A DNA stretch of 63,461 bases, the filler included, from Octopus bimaculoides (lineage: Eukaryota), in the NCBI RefSeq assembly GCF_001194135.2. It is 6 parts of 5 records of this genome, joined end to end, with 100 filler letters (N's around TTAATTAATTAA, not from the genome) between each part and the next. Parts side by side here need not be neighbours in the genome. Positions count along the whole stretch, not along the records: positions 36,155 to 38,965 come from NC_068981.1; positions 39,066 to 53,465 come from NW_026338449.1; 4 more parts are not named here. The stretch is one strand, 5' to 3'. The notes under the pieces are model-generated. The model made no database searches, was not told where the DNA came from, and saw nothing but the letters and a program-made list of their open reading frames with translations. Numbering within the stretch: the first letter of the stretch is position 1; every line of letters starts with the position of its first letter. Positions 38,396-51,659 of this stretch are shown one piece after another. Position numbers and translations under genes: made by a program.

Positions 38396-39009
38396 ATGAC
38401 AATTCCGACTATTCAGATTGTATTTATGATACTTTATGATTTGAAGATACTGATCCTTTGATTTGGATTGTATTTATAATTGTGAATACATTCACTTAAG
38501 AAAGGTATATTCTTATTGACATTTAGATTTTGCCCCACTCACCCTATTTTTAGACTCAGATTATATCTATGATGTTTTTAAAGAAATTCAGATCATATTT
38601 ATAATTGAGAAACACATTCTCACACATAAGCCCTTTTCAGACTGCGTTTAAAATTATGACTGCACTCACTTAAAATCACTCTTTCAAAATCATAGCCATA
38701 CACGGCTGAATCAACATCTGGAATTTTAATCAAAAAAAATTAACCACATCTATACAACCAAAAGTCACCTGACTTTTGTAAATCAAAATCATTTAATTCC
38801 AAAATTTATTTATTTTTAACAACTGAATGAATTTAATAAAGCATCTAAATATGAAACATCATGAAAATGGTTCAAACTGAAGCTCTTGAGTGACACATTT
38901 TCCCCTTCCAGTCAATACAGAAGTAAAGATAGTATTTATGAAATTTTGGTTCACTGTCTGGTGACNNNNNNNNNNNNNNNNNNNNNNNNNNNNNNNNNNN
39001 NNNNNNNNN

Positions 39010-39021
39010 TTAATTAATTAA
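39010..39021. other. Artificial assembly spacer TTAATTAATTAA
   Basis: 44 N on each side. Confidence 0.9.
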
Positions 39022-39084
39022 NNNNNNNNNNNNNNNNNNNNNNNNNNNNNNNNNNNNNNNNNNNNCATATACACACATATAAAT

Positions 39085-39420
39085 GTGTCGAAGAGGTCGA
39101 CCCCAGGACTTATTCCTTAAACCTGGTACTTGTCCTATCGGTCTTCTTTTACCGAACCACTAATTTACAGGAACAGAAACACTCAAACACCGGCTGTCAA
39201 GCAGTAATGGGGGACAGACGCAAATAAAACACACGCACACACACACTCATACACACACACACAGGTATATATATACACGACGAGCTTCTTTTGGTTTCCG
39301 TCTACCAGATCCACTCACAAGGCTTTGGTCGGCCTGAGGCTATAGTAGAAGACACTTGCCCAAGGTGCCATGGAATGGGACTGAACCCAGAATCATGTGG
39401 TCGGGAAGCAAGCTTCATAC
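39085..39420 (-). mobile_element. Composite SINE with internal (CA/TA)n
   Basis: ctaccagatccactcacaaggctttggtcggcctgaggctatagtagaagacacttgcccaagg plus the 3' module gtcgaccccaggacttatt. Confidence 0.85.
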
Positions 39421-39904
39421 TTTTGCTGGAATAAAATGTCACGTGATCAAAATTGTTGCTAATTAACCTTAATTGCGTATGACTGCGTGTGTGTTTATAT
39501 ATGTGCCCCGACTTTATACATACATACATACATACATACATACATACACACACGCATACATACACACATACGTACATACACGACGATGATGACGATGATG
39601 ACGATGGTGATGATTGTGATGATCATCACACAATTCTCATGAAGTGAATCGTGCCAGCCAGACATGGACTGTAATGGTTTAACGTGTGGTATGACGGAAT
39701 GTACTCGCTGAACTCTGCGGCATTATACGCGCCAACAAAGGTTATATGTGTGTGTGTGTGTATGCGTGTGTGCTTCTATACGGGCGAGTGTGTTTTGCAG
39801 GAAATGCGATATACAAATTGAGACACAAAACACAGAATATAAAGCGCTCACAAAAATACAAATAGTTACATATCAATATGTATGCGCCTATCCACATATA
39901 TTTA

Positions 39905-39952
<48 letters not shown>

Positions 39953-41974
39953 ACATTAACAGATATTTATATACATTTATACACACACATATATATATAC
40001 ATATACACCATATGCGCCATGTGTATACCCATATGCACTTACGTATATATACATTTATATATATACATNNNNNNNNNNNNNNNNNNNNNNNNNNNNNNNN
40101 NNNNNNNNNNNNNNNNNNNNNNNNNNNNNNNNNNNNNNNNNNNNNNNNNNNNNNNNNNNNNNNNNNNNNNNNNNNNNNNNNNNNNNNNNNNNNNNNNNNN
40201 NNNNNNNNNNNNNNNNNNNNNNNNNNNNNNNNNNNNNNNNNNNNNNNNNNNNNNNNNNNNNNNNNNNNNNNNNNNNNNNNNNNNNNNNNNNNNNNNNNNN
40301 NNNNNNNNNNNNNNNNNNNNNNNNNNNNNNNNNNNNNNNNNNNNNNNNNNNNNNNNNNNNNNNNNNNNNNNNNNNNNNNNNNNNNNNNNNNNNNNNNNNN
40401 NNNNNNNNNNNNNNNNNNNNNNNNNNNNNNNNNNNNNNNNNNNNNNNNNNNNNNNNNNNNNNNNNNNNNNNNNNNNNNNNNNNNNNNNNNNNNNNNNNNN
40501 NNNNNNNNNNNNNNNNNNNNNNNNNNNNNNNNNNNNNNNNNNNNNNNNNNNNNNNNNNNNNNNNNNNNNNNNNNNNNNNNNNNNNNNNNNNNNNNNNNNN
40601 NNNNNNNNNNNNNNNNNNNNNNNNNNNNNNNNNNNNNNNNNNNNNNNNNNNNNNNNNNNNNNNNNNNNNNNNNNNNNNNNNNNNNNNNNNNNNNNNNNNN
40701 NNNNNNNNNNNNNNNNNNNNNNNNNNNNNNNNNNNNNNNNNNNNNNNNNNNNNNNNNNNNNNNNNNNNNNNNNNNNNNNNNNNNNNNNNNNNNNNNNNNN
40801 NNNNNNNNNNNNNNNNNNNNNNNNNNNNNNNNNNNNNNNNNNNNNNNNNNNNNNNNNNNNNNNNNNNNNNNNNNNNNNNNNNNNNNNNNNNNNNNNNNNN
40901 NNNNNNNNNNNNNNNNNNNNNNNNNNNNNNNNNNNNNNNNNNNNNNNNNNNNNNNNNNNNNNNNNNNNNNNNNNNNNNNNNNNNNNNNNNNNNNNNNNNN
41001 NNNNNNNNNNNNNNNNNNNNNNNNNNNNNNNNNNNNNNNNNNTGTATGTATATATGTATACAGGGTGCGGTGAATGAACTGTCGTCTAAATTACGCAATA
41101 ATGAAAATAATACTGACATCTCATTTGAACAGATATTTACCAAGATTACATAAAAATATCTTGAAATACTGAAGAGTAAATTTATTCAATAATATATATA
41201 TATATATAGGCGCAGGAGTGGCTGTGTAGTAAGTAGCCAGCTTACCAACCACATGGTTCCGGGTTTAGTCCCTGTAAAGTTTTGCTTACTCCTTCTTTAC
41301 ACTGGAATACCCCCAGGACATCCAAATCTTTATTAATCGTTTAATCACGTAAAAAAAAAAAAAATGAATGACATCCTCCAAAAAAATAGGGAAAAGATTA
41401 ACCTTATCTTAACTACTAAGTGTGAGCGCTTTTCTGTTTTTGTTCCTTCATTCTGGCCGCGGAAAAGATAATGTCACCCATTGCAATAACTGGTTCCTTA
41501 TTCTGATATCGTCGCCGTACGAGCAAATTTGATGATCTACAATGATGCCCTTCAGAAGGTTGCTTTTATCAAGATTCCAGCGATCAAGCAATCCCTGACT
41601 GATTGAGACTTCGTTCTGTTTATGTTTGGAAAATTTAGGGCTTATCTTGGAATGCTGGTACTACAACTTGGAATATTGGGGGCTATATTTTGGAATGTTG
41701 GAACTGCATCTTAGAATTTTTCTTTAACAGTTCATGAACTCATCCATGAAAATCCACAGTCACATATAGAAAAATTTAATAAGTAAATACACTAAAAAGA
41801 ACTATAATAAAATACAAAGTAACAATTATTAAATAATAAAATACCTGTAAATTTGGATTTTTATCCCTAATACTATATATATATATATTTATTTATTTAT
41901 ACATGCACTCGCAGATACGTATATACACACACATACCTATATGTATACATACATATATACACATGTATATACAT

Positions 41975-42046
<72 letters not shown>

Positions 42047-43752
42047 NNNNNNNNNNNNNNNNNNNNNNNNNNNNNNNNNNNNNNNNNNNNNNNNNNNNNN
42101 NNNNNNNNNNNNNNNNNNNNNNNNNNNNNNNNNNNNNNNNNNNNNNNNNNNNNNNNNNNNNNNNNNNNNNNNNNNNNNNNNNNNNNNNNNNNNNNNNNNN
42201 NNNNNNNNNNNNNNNNNNNNNNNNNNNNNNNNNNNNNNNNNNNNNNNNNNNNNNNNNNNNNNNNNNNNNNNNNNNNNNNNNNNNNNNNNNNNNNNNNNNN
42301 NNNNNNNNNNNNNNNNNNNNNNNNNNNNNNNNNNNNNNNNNNNNNNNNNNNNNNNNNNNNNNNNNNNNNNNNNNNNNNNNNNNNNNNNNNNNNNNNNNNN
42401 NNNNNNNNNNNNNNNNNNNNNNNNNNNNNNNNNNNNNNNNNNNNNNNNNNNNNNNNNNNNNNNNNNNNNNNNNNNNNNNNNNNNNNNNNNNNNNNNNNNN
42501 NNNNNNNNNNNNNNNNNNNNNNNNNNNNNNNNNNNNNNNNNNNNNNNNNNNNNNNNNNNNNNNNNNNNNNNNNNNNNNNNNNNNNNNNNNNNNNNNNNNN
42601 NNNNNNNNNNNNNNNNNNNNNNNNNNNNNNNNNNNNNNNNNNNNNNNNNNNNNNNNNNNNNNNNNNNNNNNNNNNNNNNNNNNNNNNNNNNNNNNNNNNN
42701 NNNNNNNNNNNNNNNNNNNNNNNNNNNNNNNNNNNNNNNNNNNNNNNNNNNNNNNNNNNNNNNNNNNNNNNNNNNNNNNNNNNNNNNNNNNNNNNNNNNN
42801 NNNNNNNNNNNNNNNNNNNNNNNNNNNNNNNNNNNNNNNNNNNNNNNNNNNNNNNNNNNNNNNNNNNNNNNNNNNNNNNNNNNNNNNNNNNNNNNNNNNN
42901 NNNNNNNNNNNNNNNNNNNNNNNNNNNNNNNNNNNNNNNNNNNNNNNNNNNNNNNNNNNNNNNNNNNNNNNNNNNNNNNNNNNNNNNNNNNNNNNNNNNN
43001 NNNNNNNNNNNNNNNNNNNNNNNNNNNNNNNNNNNNNNNNNNNNATATATATATATATATATATACGTATATACATCCATACATGCATACACACACATAT
43101 ATATATATTTATATGGCAATAACCTATCCATGTGTTGTAGAGAGGTTATGCGCCTTCAATCATTTAACTCTAACGTGAATGGACTTAACGGCTCAGGAGG
43201 ATACACGTGGATAGAAAAGGTCGCTGAAGAGGTCACAAATGTGTGGTAAAACAGTAATAAACTAATGAAGAAAGAATATATAGCGTGTGTGTTTATTTGG
43301 CGAAAAACAAAAAATGACCATTCTGAAATATAGCAATATCTGTTTCAACACACGGTTTCACATTAAGAATCCTGCAAAACAAATTCATAAACGTATATAG
43401 ATATATATTTAGTAAGTTATGAGTTATGACTGGTCAGAGAGTGACCAATGGTTTCGCAACAATAAAATACTTAGCAGTACAGGTGACTCGACCGGCACAA
43501 ATGGCTGAAGGTGCATAACTCTTGTACAACTCGCAGCCATTTTAATTTGACGAGTCGCCTATACTGCTTAGCGTTTTATTGGTGCGAAACTAATGTGGTC
43601 ACTGTCTTTATTGATGCGAAATCTTTTACTTGTGTCAGTCATTAGACTGCAGCCACACTGAGGCGCCGTCCTGAAGAATTTTTAACTAAATGAATCGATC
43701 CTAGTACTATTTCTTTAAGCCCGATTTATACGTATACATATACATACATACA

Positions 43753-43784
<32 letters not shown>

Positions 43785-44678
43785 ATTTTATATATATATA
43801 TATATANNNNNNNNNNNNNNNNNNNNNNNNNNNNNNNNNNNNNNNNNNNNNNNNNNNNNNNNNNNNNNNNNNNNNNNNNNNNNNNNNNNNNNNNNNNNNN
43901 NNNNNNNNNNNNNNNNNNNNNNNNNNNNNNNNNNNNNNNNNNNNNNNNNNNNNNNNNNNNNNNNNNNNNNNNNNNNNNNNNNNNNNNNNNNNNNNNNNNN
44001 NNNNNNNNNNNNNNNNNNNNNNNNNNNNNNNNNNNNNNNNNNNNNNNNNNNNNNNNNNNNNNNNNNNNNNNNNNNNNNNNNNNNNNNNNNNNNNNNNNNN
44101 NNNNNNNNNNNNNNNNNNNNNNNNNNNNNNNNNNNNNNNNNNNNNNNNNNNNNNNNNNNNNNNNNNNNNNNNNNNNNNNNNNNNNNNNNNNNNNNNNNNN
44201 NNNNNNNNNNNNNNNNNNNNNNNNNNNNNNNNNNNNNNNNNNNNNNNNNNNNNNNNNNNNNNNNNNNNNNNNNNNNNNNNNNNNNNNNNNNNNNNNNNNN
44301 NNNNNNNNNNNNNNNNNNNNNNNNNNNNNNNNNNNNNNNNNNNNNNNNNNNNNNNNNNNNNNNNNNNNNNNNNNNNNNNNNNNNNNNNNNNNNNNNNNNN
44401 NNNNNNNNNNNNNNNNNNNNNNNNNNNNNNNNNNNNNNNNNNNNNNNNNNNNNNNNNNNNNNNNNNNNNNNNNNNNNNNNNNNNNNNNNNNNNNNNNNNN
44501 NNNNNNNNNNNNNNNNNNNNNNNNNNNNNNNNNNNNNNNNNNNNNNNNNNNNNNNNNNNNNNNNNNNNNNNNNNNNNNNNNNNNNNNNNNNNNNNNNNNN
44601 NNNNNNNNNNNNNNNNNNNNNNNNNNNNNNNNNNNNNNNNNNNNNNNNNNNNNNNNNNNNNNNNNNNNNNNNNNNNNN

Positions 44679-44713
<35 letters not shown>

Positions 44714-45599
44714 CATTATATATACATATATATATATATTATATCATATATATATATATACACATACAAACACACACACACATATATACGTACATGCGCA
44801 TAGATGTTCAGAAGTCTGCAGATCGTCTAAATCGTTGCGAAAATGTCCGATAGAAGCGCGCCACGTACAGCAACATCAGTTAAATGCACTTACTGACACC
44901 TCTGCTGCACTTAGACAGGGTCAATACCCCTTCCATGTTTAAAGGCTTATATATAGAAATATATATATATACATATATATTATATACATACCTGCGCATG
45001 TCTTTGTGCAAGCGAAATCACAATCACATATATATATACATACGCACCTTCACCTGTGTGCGTGTGCGTATGTATATGCATGTGTTTTTGCGTGCAACGC
45101 TATATGTATGTGTGTGTTTGTATACACACCTGAATACTATTCTATGTACGCTTATTGTGTAGATGTATGTATGAAATCTCGAATGTACAGTTATTTTGGA
45201 GCCAAACAAAGAATAGTTTGTGTATTTGGTTGTATGTATTTGTATGCGTTTTGTGTGTTTGATTGTTTGTTTGTACGGATGCGTGTTCATATATCCGTGT
45301 CTGTGTGCGTGTGTATATGCGTGTGGGTGTATATATATATGCATGTATTGTTATATATGATTTATATACGTAATTGATAGGTGCAAACCGATTTTTGTGT
45401 GAAAAGATTTCTTTGTTAAAAAGAAGAAAAGAAACCTGTTAGATTTCAAAGACAATCACCTTAAAAGTATTTCATTGTGTTCATTATGTGTTTAAATAAT
45501 AATTAGTATTATGTGATTAGTGTTGTATATTAGTAATTACTAGTTGTAATTAGTGCTTGTTTATTTGTAGATTGTTGTATGTGGTTGAGTCTCGCGAAG

Positions 45600-46035
45600 G
45601 CACGGCGTCTGTAATGTATGGCTTTTAAATTTTGGTACAAGACCAACAATTATGGGGGGGGGGGTAAGTCGATTACTTTGACCCCCACCCCCATCACCAC
45701 CACCTGTGTTCAACTGGAACTTATTTTATCGACCCCGAAGAGATAAAAGTCAAAGTCGACATCGGTGGAATTTGAACTCAAAACATGAAGACGGAAGAAA
45801 TGCCGCTTGGCATTTTGTTCCTTGTTTGCCAGCTCGCCTTGATGTCGCTAATGTATTGATAAATTAAAACCATTAAGGCGGTCAGCTGGCAGAATCTTTA
45901 GTGCGTCGAACAAAAATACTTAGCGAAAAAATACTTTCTCTTTACGTTCTGAGTTCAAACGCTGGTGAATTCGACTTTACATTTTGTCATTTCTGGGTCG
46001 ATAAATAAATATCAGCTACTGTATTTCATGTAATT
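45600..46035. mobile_element. Two head-to-head SINE fragments of the Deu/Nin-like family (- 45600-45838; + 45880-46035)
   Basis: Both match 47142-47375 (gagctggcagaatc...gttctgagttcaaa...gacttt...ggggtcgataa). Confidence 0.7.
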
Positions 46036-46296
46036 GACTAATATTTGGGTTGTTTAGTTATTGTAACGTCAGCACATTACTTGTGCTGTTCTGTAAAATT
46101 ATTTCCCGTCAGCATATTGCTTGGGTAGTTCGATAATTCTACTTTTCGTCAGCACATTATTTCAGTAATTCGATTAAGCTATTTACTACCAGCATATTAA
46201 TCGTCACAGTTCAATAAAAACCATTTAACTGTCAGCACATTACTTCTGAGCAGTAGTTCGATAAAACTATTTCCTGTCAGCATATGAAATCAAATG

Positions 46297-46688
46297 TGGA
46301 GGCACAATGGCCCCAGTGGTTAGGGCAGCGGATTCGCGGTCATAGGATCGCAGTTTTGATTCCCAGACCGGGCGTTGTGAGTGTTTATTGAGCGAAAACA
46401 CCTAAAGCTCCACGAGGCTCCGGCAGGGGATGGTGGCGAACCCTGCACTACTCTTCCACCACAACTTTCTCTCACTCTTACTTCCTGTTTCTGTTGTGCC
46501 TGTAATCCAAAATGTCAGCCTTGTCACTCTGTGTCACGCTAAATATCCCCGAGAACTACGTTAAGGGTACATGTGTCTGTGGAGTGCTCAGCCACTTGCA
46601 CGTTAATTTCACGAGCAGGCTGTTCCGTTGATCGGATCAACTGGAACCCACGACGTCGTAAGCGATGGAGTGCCAACAAACAAAACAA
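46297..46688 (+). mobile_element. Full-length tRNA-derived SINE with 13-bp TSD
   Basis: A box tggccccagtggt, B box gttttgattcc. TSD atgaaatcaaatg at 46284-46296 and 46689-46701. Confidence 0.9.
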
Positions 46689-46701
46689 ATGAAATCAAAT
46701 G

Positions 46702-46998
46702 AAAATTGGACGACAAATAATATTGTTCGCGTAGGAAGCTACGAAATTCTTACATTGTTTCGATTTTCTGTAATTCAAACCGCCTGATGGTACTAGCAGA
46801 CAAAATGGAAAAGGCTTTACTCCGGAGAATGATGGAGATGCACTGGAACAGCCACTATGACTCACGGGGTTTGTACTTGCGGATAGCCAACTCCTCCCCG
46901 TTAGCGGTGAGCAAGGATACGGCCCGGGAGCCGAGAACCCCGGAGGTCTCCATTGCCATAGGGTTGACCATATACCTATCGAAGAACGACCGATACTT
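46702..46998 (-). mobile_element. 3' end of a CRE-like (restriction-like endonuclease) non-LTR retrotransposon
   Basis: Minus translation KYRSFFDRYMVNPMAMETSGVLGSRAVSLL..GEELA....PRES*WLFQCISIILRSKAFSIL fits the CRE-clade end motif KY..L...Y.F.P.A.ET.G..G..A....G..IA.....RE..WL.QR.S.A..RGNA. Confidence 0.65.
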
Positions 46999-47051
46999 TG
47001 ACAGCATATTGCTTCCGTATTTTCATAAAACCATTTAAAGTCAGCATATTG

Positions 47052-47130
47052 GCCTAGTGGTTAAGGTGCTGCATTGCGATCGCAAGGTCGTGGTTTCGAT
47101 TACCGCACTGGGCGGTGCGTTGTGTTCTTA
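47052..47130 (+). mobile_element. SINE tRNA head fragment (3966 family)
   Basis: ggcctagtggttaaggtg...ggtttcgattacc...gcgttgtgttctt matches the head of the 3966-4195 element. Confidence 0.7.
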
Positions 47131-47141
47131 ATTATTAATTT

Positions 47142-47375
47142 AGGGCAGCGAGCTGGCAGAATCGTTAGCACGCCGGGTGAAATGCTTAGCGATATTTCGT
47201 CTGCCGTTACGTTCTGAGTTCAAATTCCGCCGAGGTTGACTTTGCCTTTCATCCTTTCGGGGTCGATTAAACAAGTACCAGTTACGCACTGGAGTCGATG
47301 TAATCGACTTAATCCGTCTGTCTGTCCTTGTTTGTCCCCTCTATGTTTAGCCCCCTGTGGGCAATAAAGAAGTAG
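47142..47375 (+). mobile_element. Full-length SINE with Deu/Nin-like domain and 11-bp TSD
   Basis: gaggttgactttgcctttcatcctttcggggtcgattaaacaagtaccag domain. TSD attattaattt at 47131-47141 and 47376-47386. Confidence 0.85.
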
Positions 47376-48157
47376 ATTATTAATTTGATAATTTTATTTA
47401 TTGTCAACACGCTGCTTGTATAATTTCATAAATATCATTTATTGTCAGCATATTGCTTGTATATTTTGATAATTCTATTTATCGTCAGCATACTTCTCGT
47501 ATAGTTCCATAAATATCATTTAATGTCAGCATATTTGGATAGTTTTATAATTCTATTTATCGTCAGCACACTGCTCGTGTAGTTCCATAAATATCATTTA
47601 TTGTCAGCGTATTGTTTGGGTAGTTCGACAATTCTATTTATCGTCAACACATTATTTTAGTAATTCGATTACACTATTTACTATCAATGACAAAGCTTTG
47701 TCATAGTTCGATAACCATTTAACTATCAGCACATTGCTTGCGGTTGTTCGATAACCATTTAACTATCAGCACATTGCTTGCGGTTGTTCGATAAAGCTAT
47801 TTTCTGTCAACATATTGCTTGAATAATTCGATATAGCCATTTAGTGTCAGCATGTTGTCTGTGTTGTCCGATAAAGCCATTTACTGTCAGCTTATTGCTT
47901 CTTAATGAAATCATTAAACGCCTGCTGCTGCTGGCTGCTGCTTGCCTTCTTTGTGCTGCTGCCGTTTGAAAGATGGAGTCACTCTCTGATAAGGCGGCAA
48001 TCGTCTTTTTACATTGGCTGTTATTTGCACGCACTCACACACGTACAAACGTACATTAAACACACACACACACACATACACACACAAATACACACACATA
48101 TATATACATAGTCTCACGCACTCACACACGTAGACACGTACATAGATAAAAACACAC

Positions 48158-48203
<46 letters not shown>

Positions 48204-48305
48204 ACATACACAGAGACACACAGAAACGTACGTAGCTAACATATACATTCGTACATACATATACACATGTACGCATACATAGATTTATATATGATTACAT
48301 ATATA

Positions 48306-48352
<47 letters not shown>

Positions 48353-48553
48353 ACACACATACATACCTAACGTATACACATGAGAACGTACATAACACAC
48401 GTACATAACAACATACACACACATATGCATACATATATACACGCACATAGCATACATACATGCGTTTATACATACACGCATACATACGTACGTGTATATA
48501 CACATACATACTCACATATACGCATGCATGTACATATCTACGCATATCGTATA

Positions 48554-48629
48554 CAGGATGTCCATAAATTTATTTACAATTTGACGCGTTAAAGTGTGGA
48601 AGTTGTAAACATAATTCATGGACACCCTG
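48554..48629. mobile_element. Tiny Tc1/mariner-type MITE
   Basis: TA-caggatgtccataaatttatttacaa ... ttgtaaacataattcatggacaccctg imperfect inverted repeats. Confidence 0.6.
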
Positions 48630-49259
48630 CATCTTAATCAATACAGGCAACAAAAACATTGTTACTTAATCACACACGCACAATTATACACGCGTATACA
48701 CACACATTTATTTACGCACATACACACACACACACACACACTTACATACATGCATACATGCATACACACATACATACATTGATATATATATATATATATA
48801 CACATATATACACACACACGCACTGCGTACGTCGGCATTAGATTCCTGTATTGATGAGAAAGTAATGTTCACGTATCCCCCCGTACCGTCTTCGTGTACT
48901 CCCCTTGTCCTCTTCATTCTCACTTTCCTCTCCAACCACGACCACCCCTCTTCACNNNNNNNNNNTTAATTATCTCGCAATCATATGATACCGGTTCAGA
49001 AAATTAAATGGCAGTCGCGAGAAAATTGAAACGAGTTAAAAGTAAGGACAGGGAAAGGAGACGGAGTGGTGTGTGCGGCGGGATGGGGGTAGGGTTTTTA
49101 TTTTTATTCTACTCTGTCCTACCCGTATCATACCCCCCAACTACCTCCACCACCAACAACATGCTCCCAAACTGCTTCTCTCTTCGTATCTTTAGGTCTG
49201 GCATGACCAGGTATGGATGGATGGATGGATAGATGGACTGAATGCTGATAGACAGACAG

Positions 49260-49261
49260 GC

Positions 49262-49316
<55 letters not shown>

Positions 49317-49425
49317 CAGATAGATAGATAGACAGACATACAGACGGATAGATAGATAGACAGACATATAGATAGATAGATAGATAGATAGATAGACAGA
49401 TAGATAGATAGACAGACATACAGAC

Positions 49426-49470
<45 letters not shown>
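49260..49470. repeat. (GATA/GACA)n microsatellite
   Basis: Directly visible. Confidence 0.95.
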
Positions 49471-49472
<2 letters not shown>

Positions 49473-49519
49473 CGGATTGACAAATGGATGGATGGAGGGA
49501 GGGCAGGATGCTTCTTATA

Positions 49520-49975
49520 GTTTCCAGCTATGAAATCTATTCACAAGTCTTTGGCGGGCCCGAGGTTATAGCAGAGGACACTTGCCCAAGGTGAGACGCA
49601 ATGGGACTGAACCTGGATCTATGAGGTTGGAAAGCAACCACATAGCCACGCCTGGCTTGATAGATTGAAGGATAGATAGATCGATGGATGAATGGATCGG
49701 AAATACGAAACGTCACTCCTATGATAAGTTGTTGCATTGTAGACGTTATTGTTGTTGTTGTTGCTGTTATGTCTGTTGTAGCTGGTTTGGTTGGTGCCAT
49801 TGCATCGTAATGTTTGTTATATCTTTGTTGTTATTGTTATATCTTTTGTGAGCTGGCAGAATCGTTAGCAGGCCGGGGCGAAAAGCTTAGCGGTATTACA
49901 CGCCGTCGCCACGTTCTGAGTTCAAATTCCGCCGAGGTCGACTTTCCTTTTCATCCTTTCGGGGTCGACATAATC
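49520..49975. mobile_element. SINE fragments: CORE-like (-, 49520-49650) and Deu/Nin-like (+, 49848-49975)
   Basis: gacacttgcccaagg; gagctggcagaatcgttagc...gaggtcgactttccttttcatcctttcggggtcga. Confidence 0.75.
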
Positions 49976-50139
49976 GATTCATCACCTACCCCCAAAATTG
50001 CTGCCATTGTTGCAAAATTTGACACAATTATCATTATTATTAGTAGTAGTAGTAATAGTTGTTGGTGTAGTTTTGTTGAAACGGGGAGCGTAAATATCTT
50101 GATCTATTGTTGTTGGTAGTTGTTGCTTTTGTTGTATGA

Positions 50140-50211
50140 CTACTACTACCAGCCCTACTACTACTACTACTACTACTACAACTACTATTACTACTACTAC
50201 TACGTCGTCGG

Positions 50212-50252
<41 letters not shown>

Positions 50253-50375
50253 CTGATGTTATTTTTGCTGTTGTTGTCTTTCAATTATTGGGTCCACACG
50301 AACCAATTGCTTCTCCTTATTATCGTTTCCTTGTTGTTGTTGCTGTTGTTGTTGTTGTCTTTGGACTTCATTGCA

Positions 50376-50410
<35 letters not shown>

Positions 50411-50430
50411 TGTTGTTGTTGTTGTTTTCG
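50140..50430. repeat. Compound trinucleotide tracts (TAC)n, (ATC)n, (GTT)n, (GTC)n
   Basis: Directly visible. These tracts explain the poly-Y/T/D/R/V ORFs in the track. Confidence 0.95.
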
Positions 50431-51659
50431 GTGTCGATGTTCTTCAGTTCGTCAAGTTTTTTCTCATTTGCTTCTCGGTGTCGTAATACGATTACTTGGT
50501 GTCAGTGGATGACGACCGAAGAATTGGAAGAAGGGGAGGAGGAGGAGGAGGAGGAGGAGANNNNNNNNNNNNNNNNNNNNNNNNNNNNNNNNNNNNNNNN
50601 NNNNNNNNNNNNNNNNNNNNNNNNNNNNNNNNNNNNNNNNNNNNNNNNNNNNNNNNNNNNNNNNNNNNNNNNNNNNNNNNNNNNNNNNNNNNNNNNNNNN
50701 NNNNNNNNNNNNNNNNNNNNNNNNNNNNNNNNNNNNNNNNNNNNNNNNNNNNNNNNNNNNNNNNNNNNNNNNNNNNNNNNNNNNNNNNNNNNNNNNNNNN
50801 NNNNNNNNNNNNNNNNNNNNNNNNNNNNNNNNNNNNNNNNNNNNNNNNNNNNNNNNNNNNNNNNNNNNNNNNNNNNNNNNNNNNNNNNNNNNNNNNNNNN
50901 NNNNNNNNNNNNNNNNNNNNNNNNNNNNNNNNNNNNNNNNNNNNNNNNNNNNNNNNNNNNNNNNNNNNNNNNNNNNNNNNNNNNNNNNNNNNNNNNNNNN
51001 NNNNNNNNNNNNNNNNNNNNNNNNNNNNNNNNNNNNNNNNNNNNNNNNNNNNNNNNNNNNNNNNNNNNNNNNNNNNNNNNNNNNNNNNNNNNNNNNNNNN
51101 NNNNNNNNNNNNNNNNNNNNNNNNNNNNNNNNNNNNNNNNNNNNNNNNNNNNNNNNNNNNNNNNNNNNNNNNNNNNNNNNNNNNNNNNNNNNNNNNNNNN
51201 NNNNNNNNNNNNNNNNNNNNNNNNNNNNNNNNNNNNNNNNNNNNNNNNNNNNNNNNNNNNNNNNNNNNNNNNNNNNNNNNNNNNNNNNNNNNNNNNNNNN
51301 NNNNNNNNNNNNNNNNNNNNNNNNNNNNNNNNNNNNNNNNNNNNNNNNNNNNNNNNNNNNAGTTACATTTAAGGATTAGCAGATAGATAACTGTTGTCGC
51401 TCTGATATTGACCAGCGACGGTAGTGTGTGCGTAGGGATTAGGGGTAGCGAGTGATGGTGGGGTAGGAGTAGTTAGTGAGTGGGTCTGGGAAGAGGTAAG
51501 ATGAGTGGGGGAGGGGTGTAGAAGAGAATCAAAGAAAGAGAAAATTTTAGAAATAAGGAAGGATTCTATTGCCAATCAAACTTGTAAGTTCCAAGCATTG
51601 AAAAATTTCACGGAACAAAACAAAAAAAAAAAAAATCACTCAAAAAGCAAAGCTACGCC

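Larger units (their letters stand above)
46062..47895. repeat. Degenerate ~40-bp minisatellite array interrupted by nested retroelements
   Basis: Unit core (g)ttcgataa...attta(c)tgtcagca(t/c)attgctt. Two identical 40-bp units at 47706-47785. Present at 46062-46285, 46999-47051 and 47390-47895. Confidence 0.85.

Noticed and set aside
41440-41700. Minus-strand peptide with SYGDDI, resembling an RT YADD motif or a PLE linker
   Set aside because: No supporting RT motifs at the expected spacing; too ambiguous to call.
43220-43262. ctgaaga-ggtcacaaatgtgtggt-aaaa next to (TA)n
   Set aside because: GAAA is replaced by AAAA, stem II is imperfect and there is no stem I partner.
46297-46370. tRNA-like sequences here and at 4120-4195 and 47052-47120
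   Set aside because: They have A/B boxes but continue into SINE bodies and lack a closed acceptor stem; these are SINE heads, not tRNA genes.
46787-47038. GC-rich 83-aa plus-strand ORF
   Set aside because: It is the antisense frame of the CRE-like relic and runs into the minisatellite.
46062-47895. Regularly spaced ~40-bp repeats considered as a CRISPR-like array
   Set aside because: The units are tandem and degenerate along their whole length with no unique spacers, the context is eukaryotic, and there are no cas genes.
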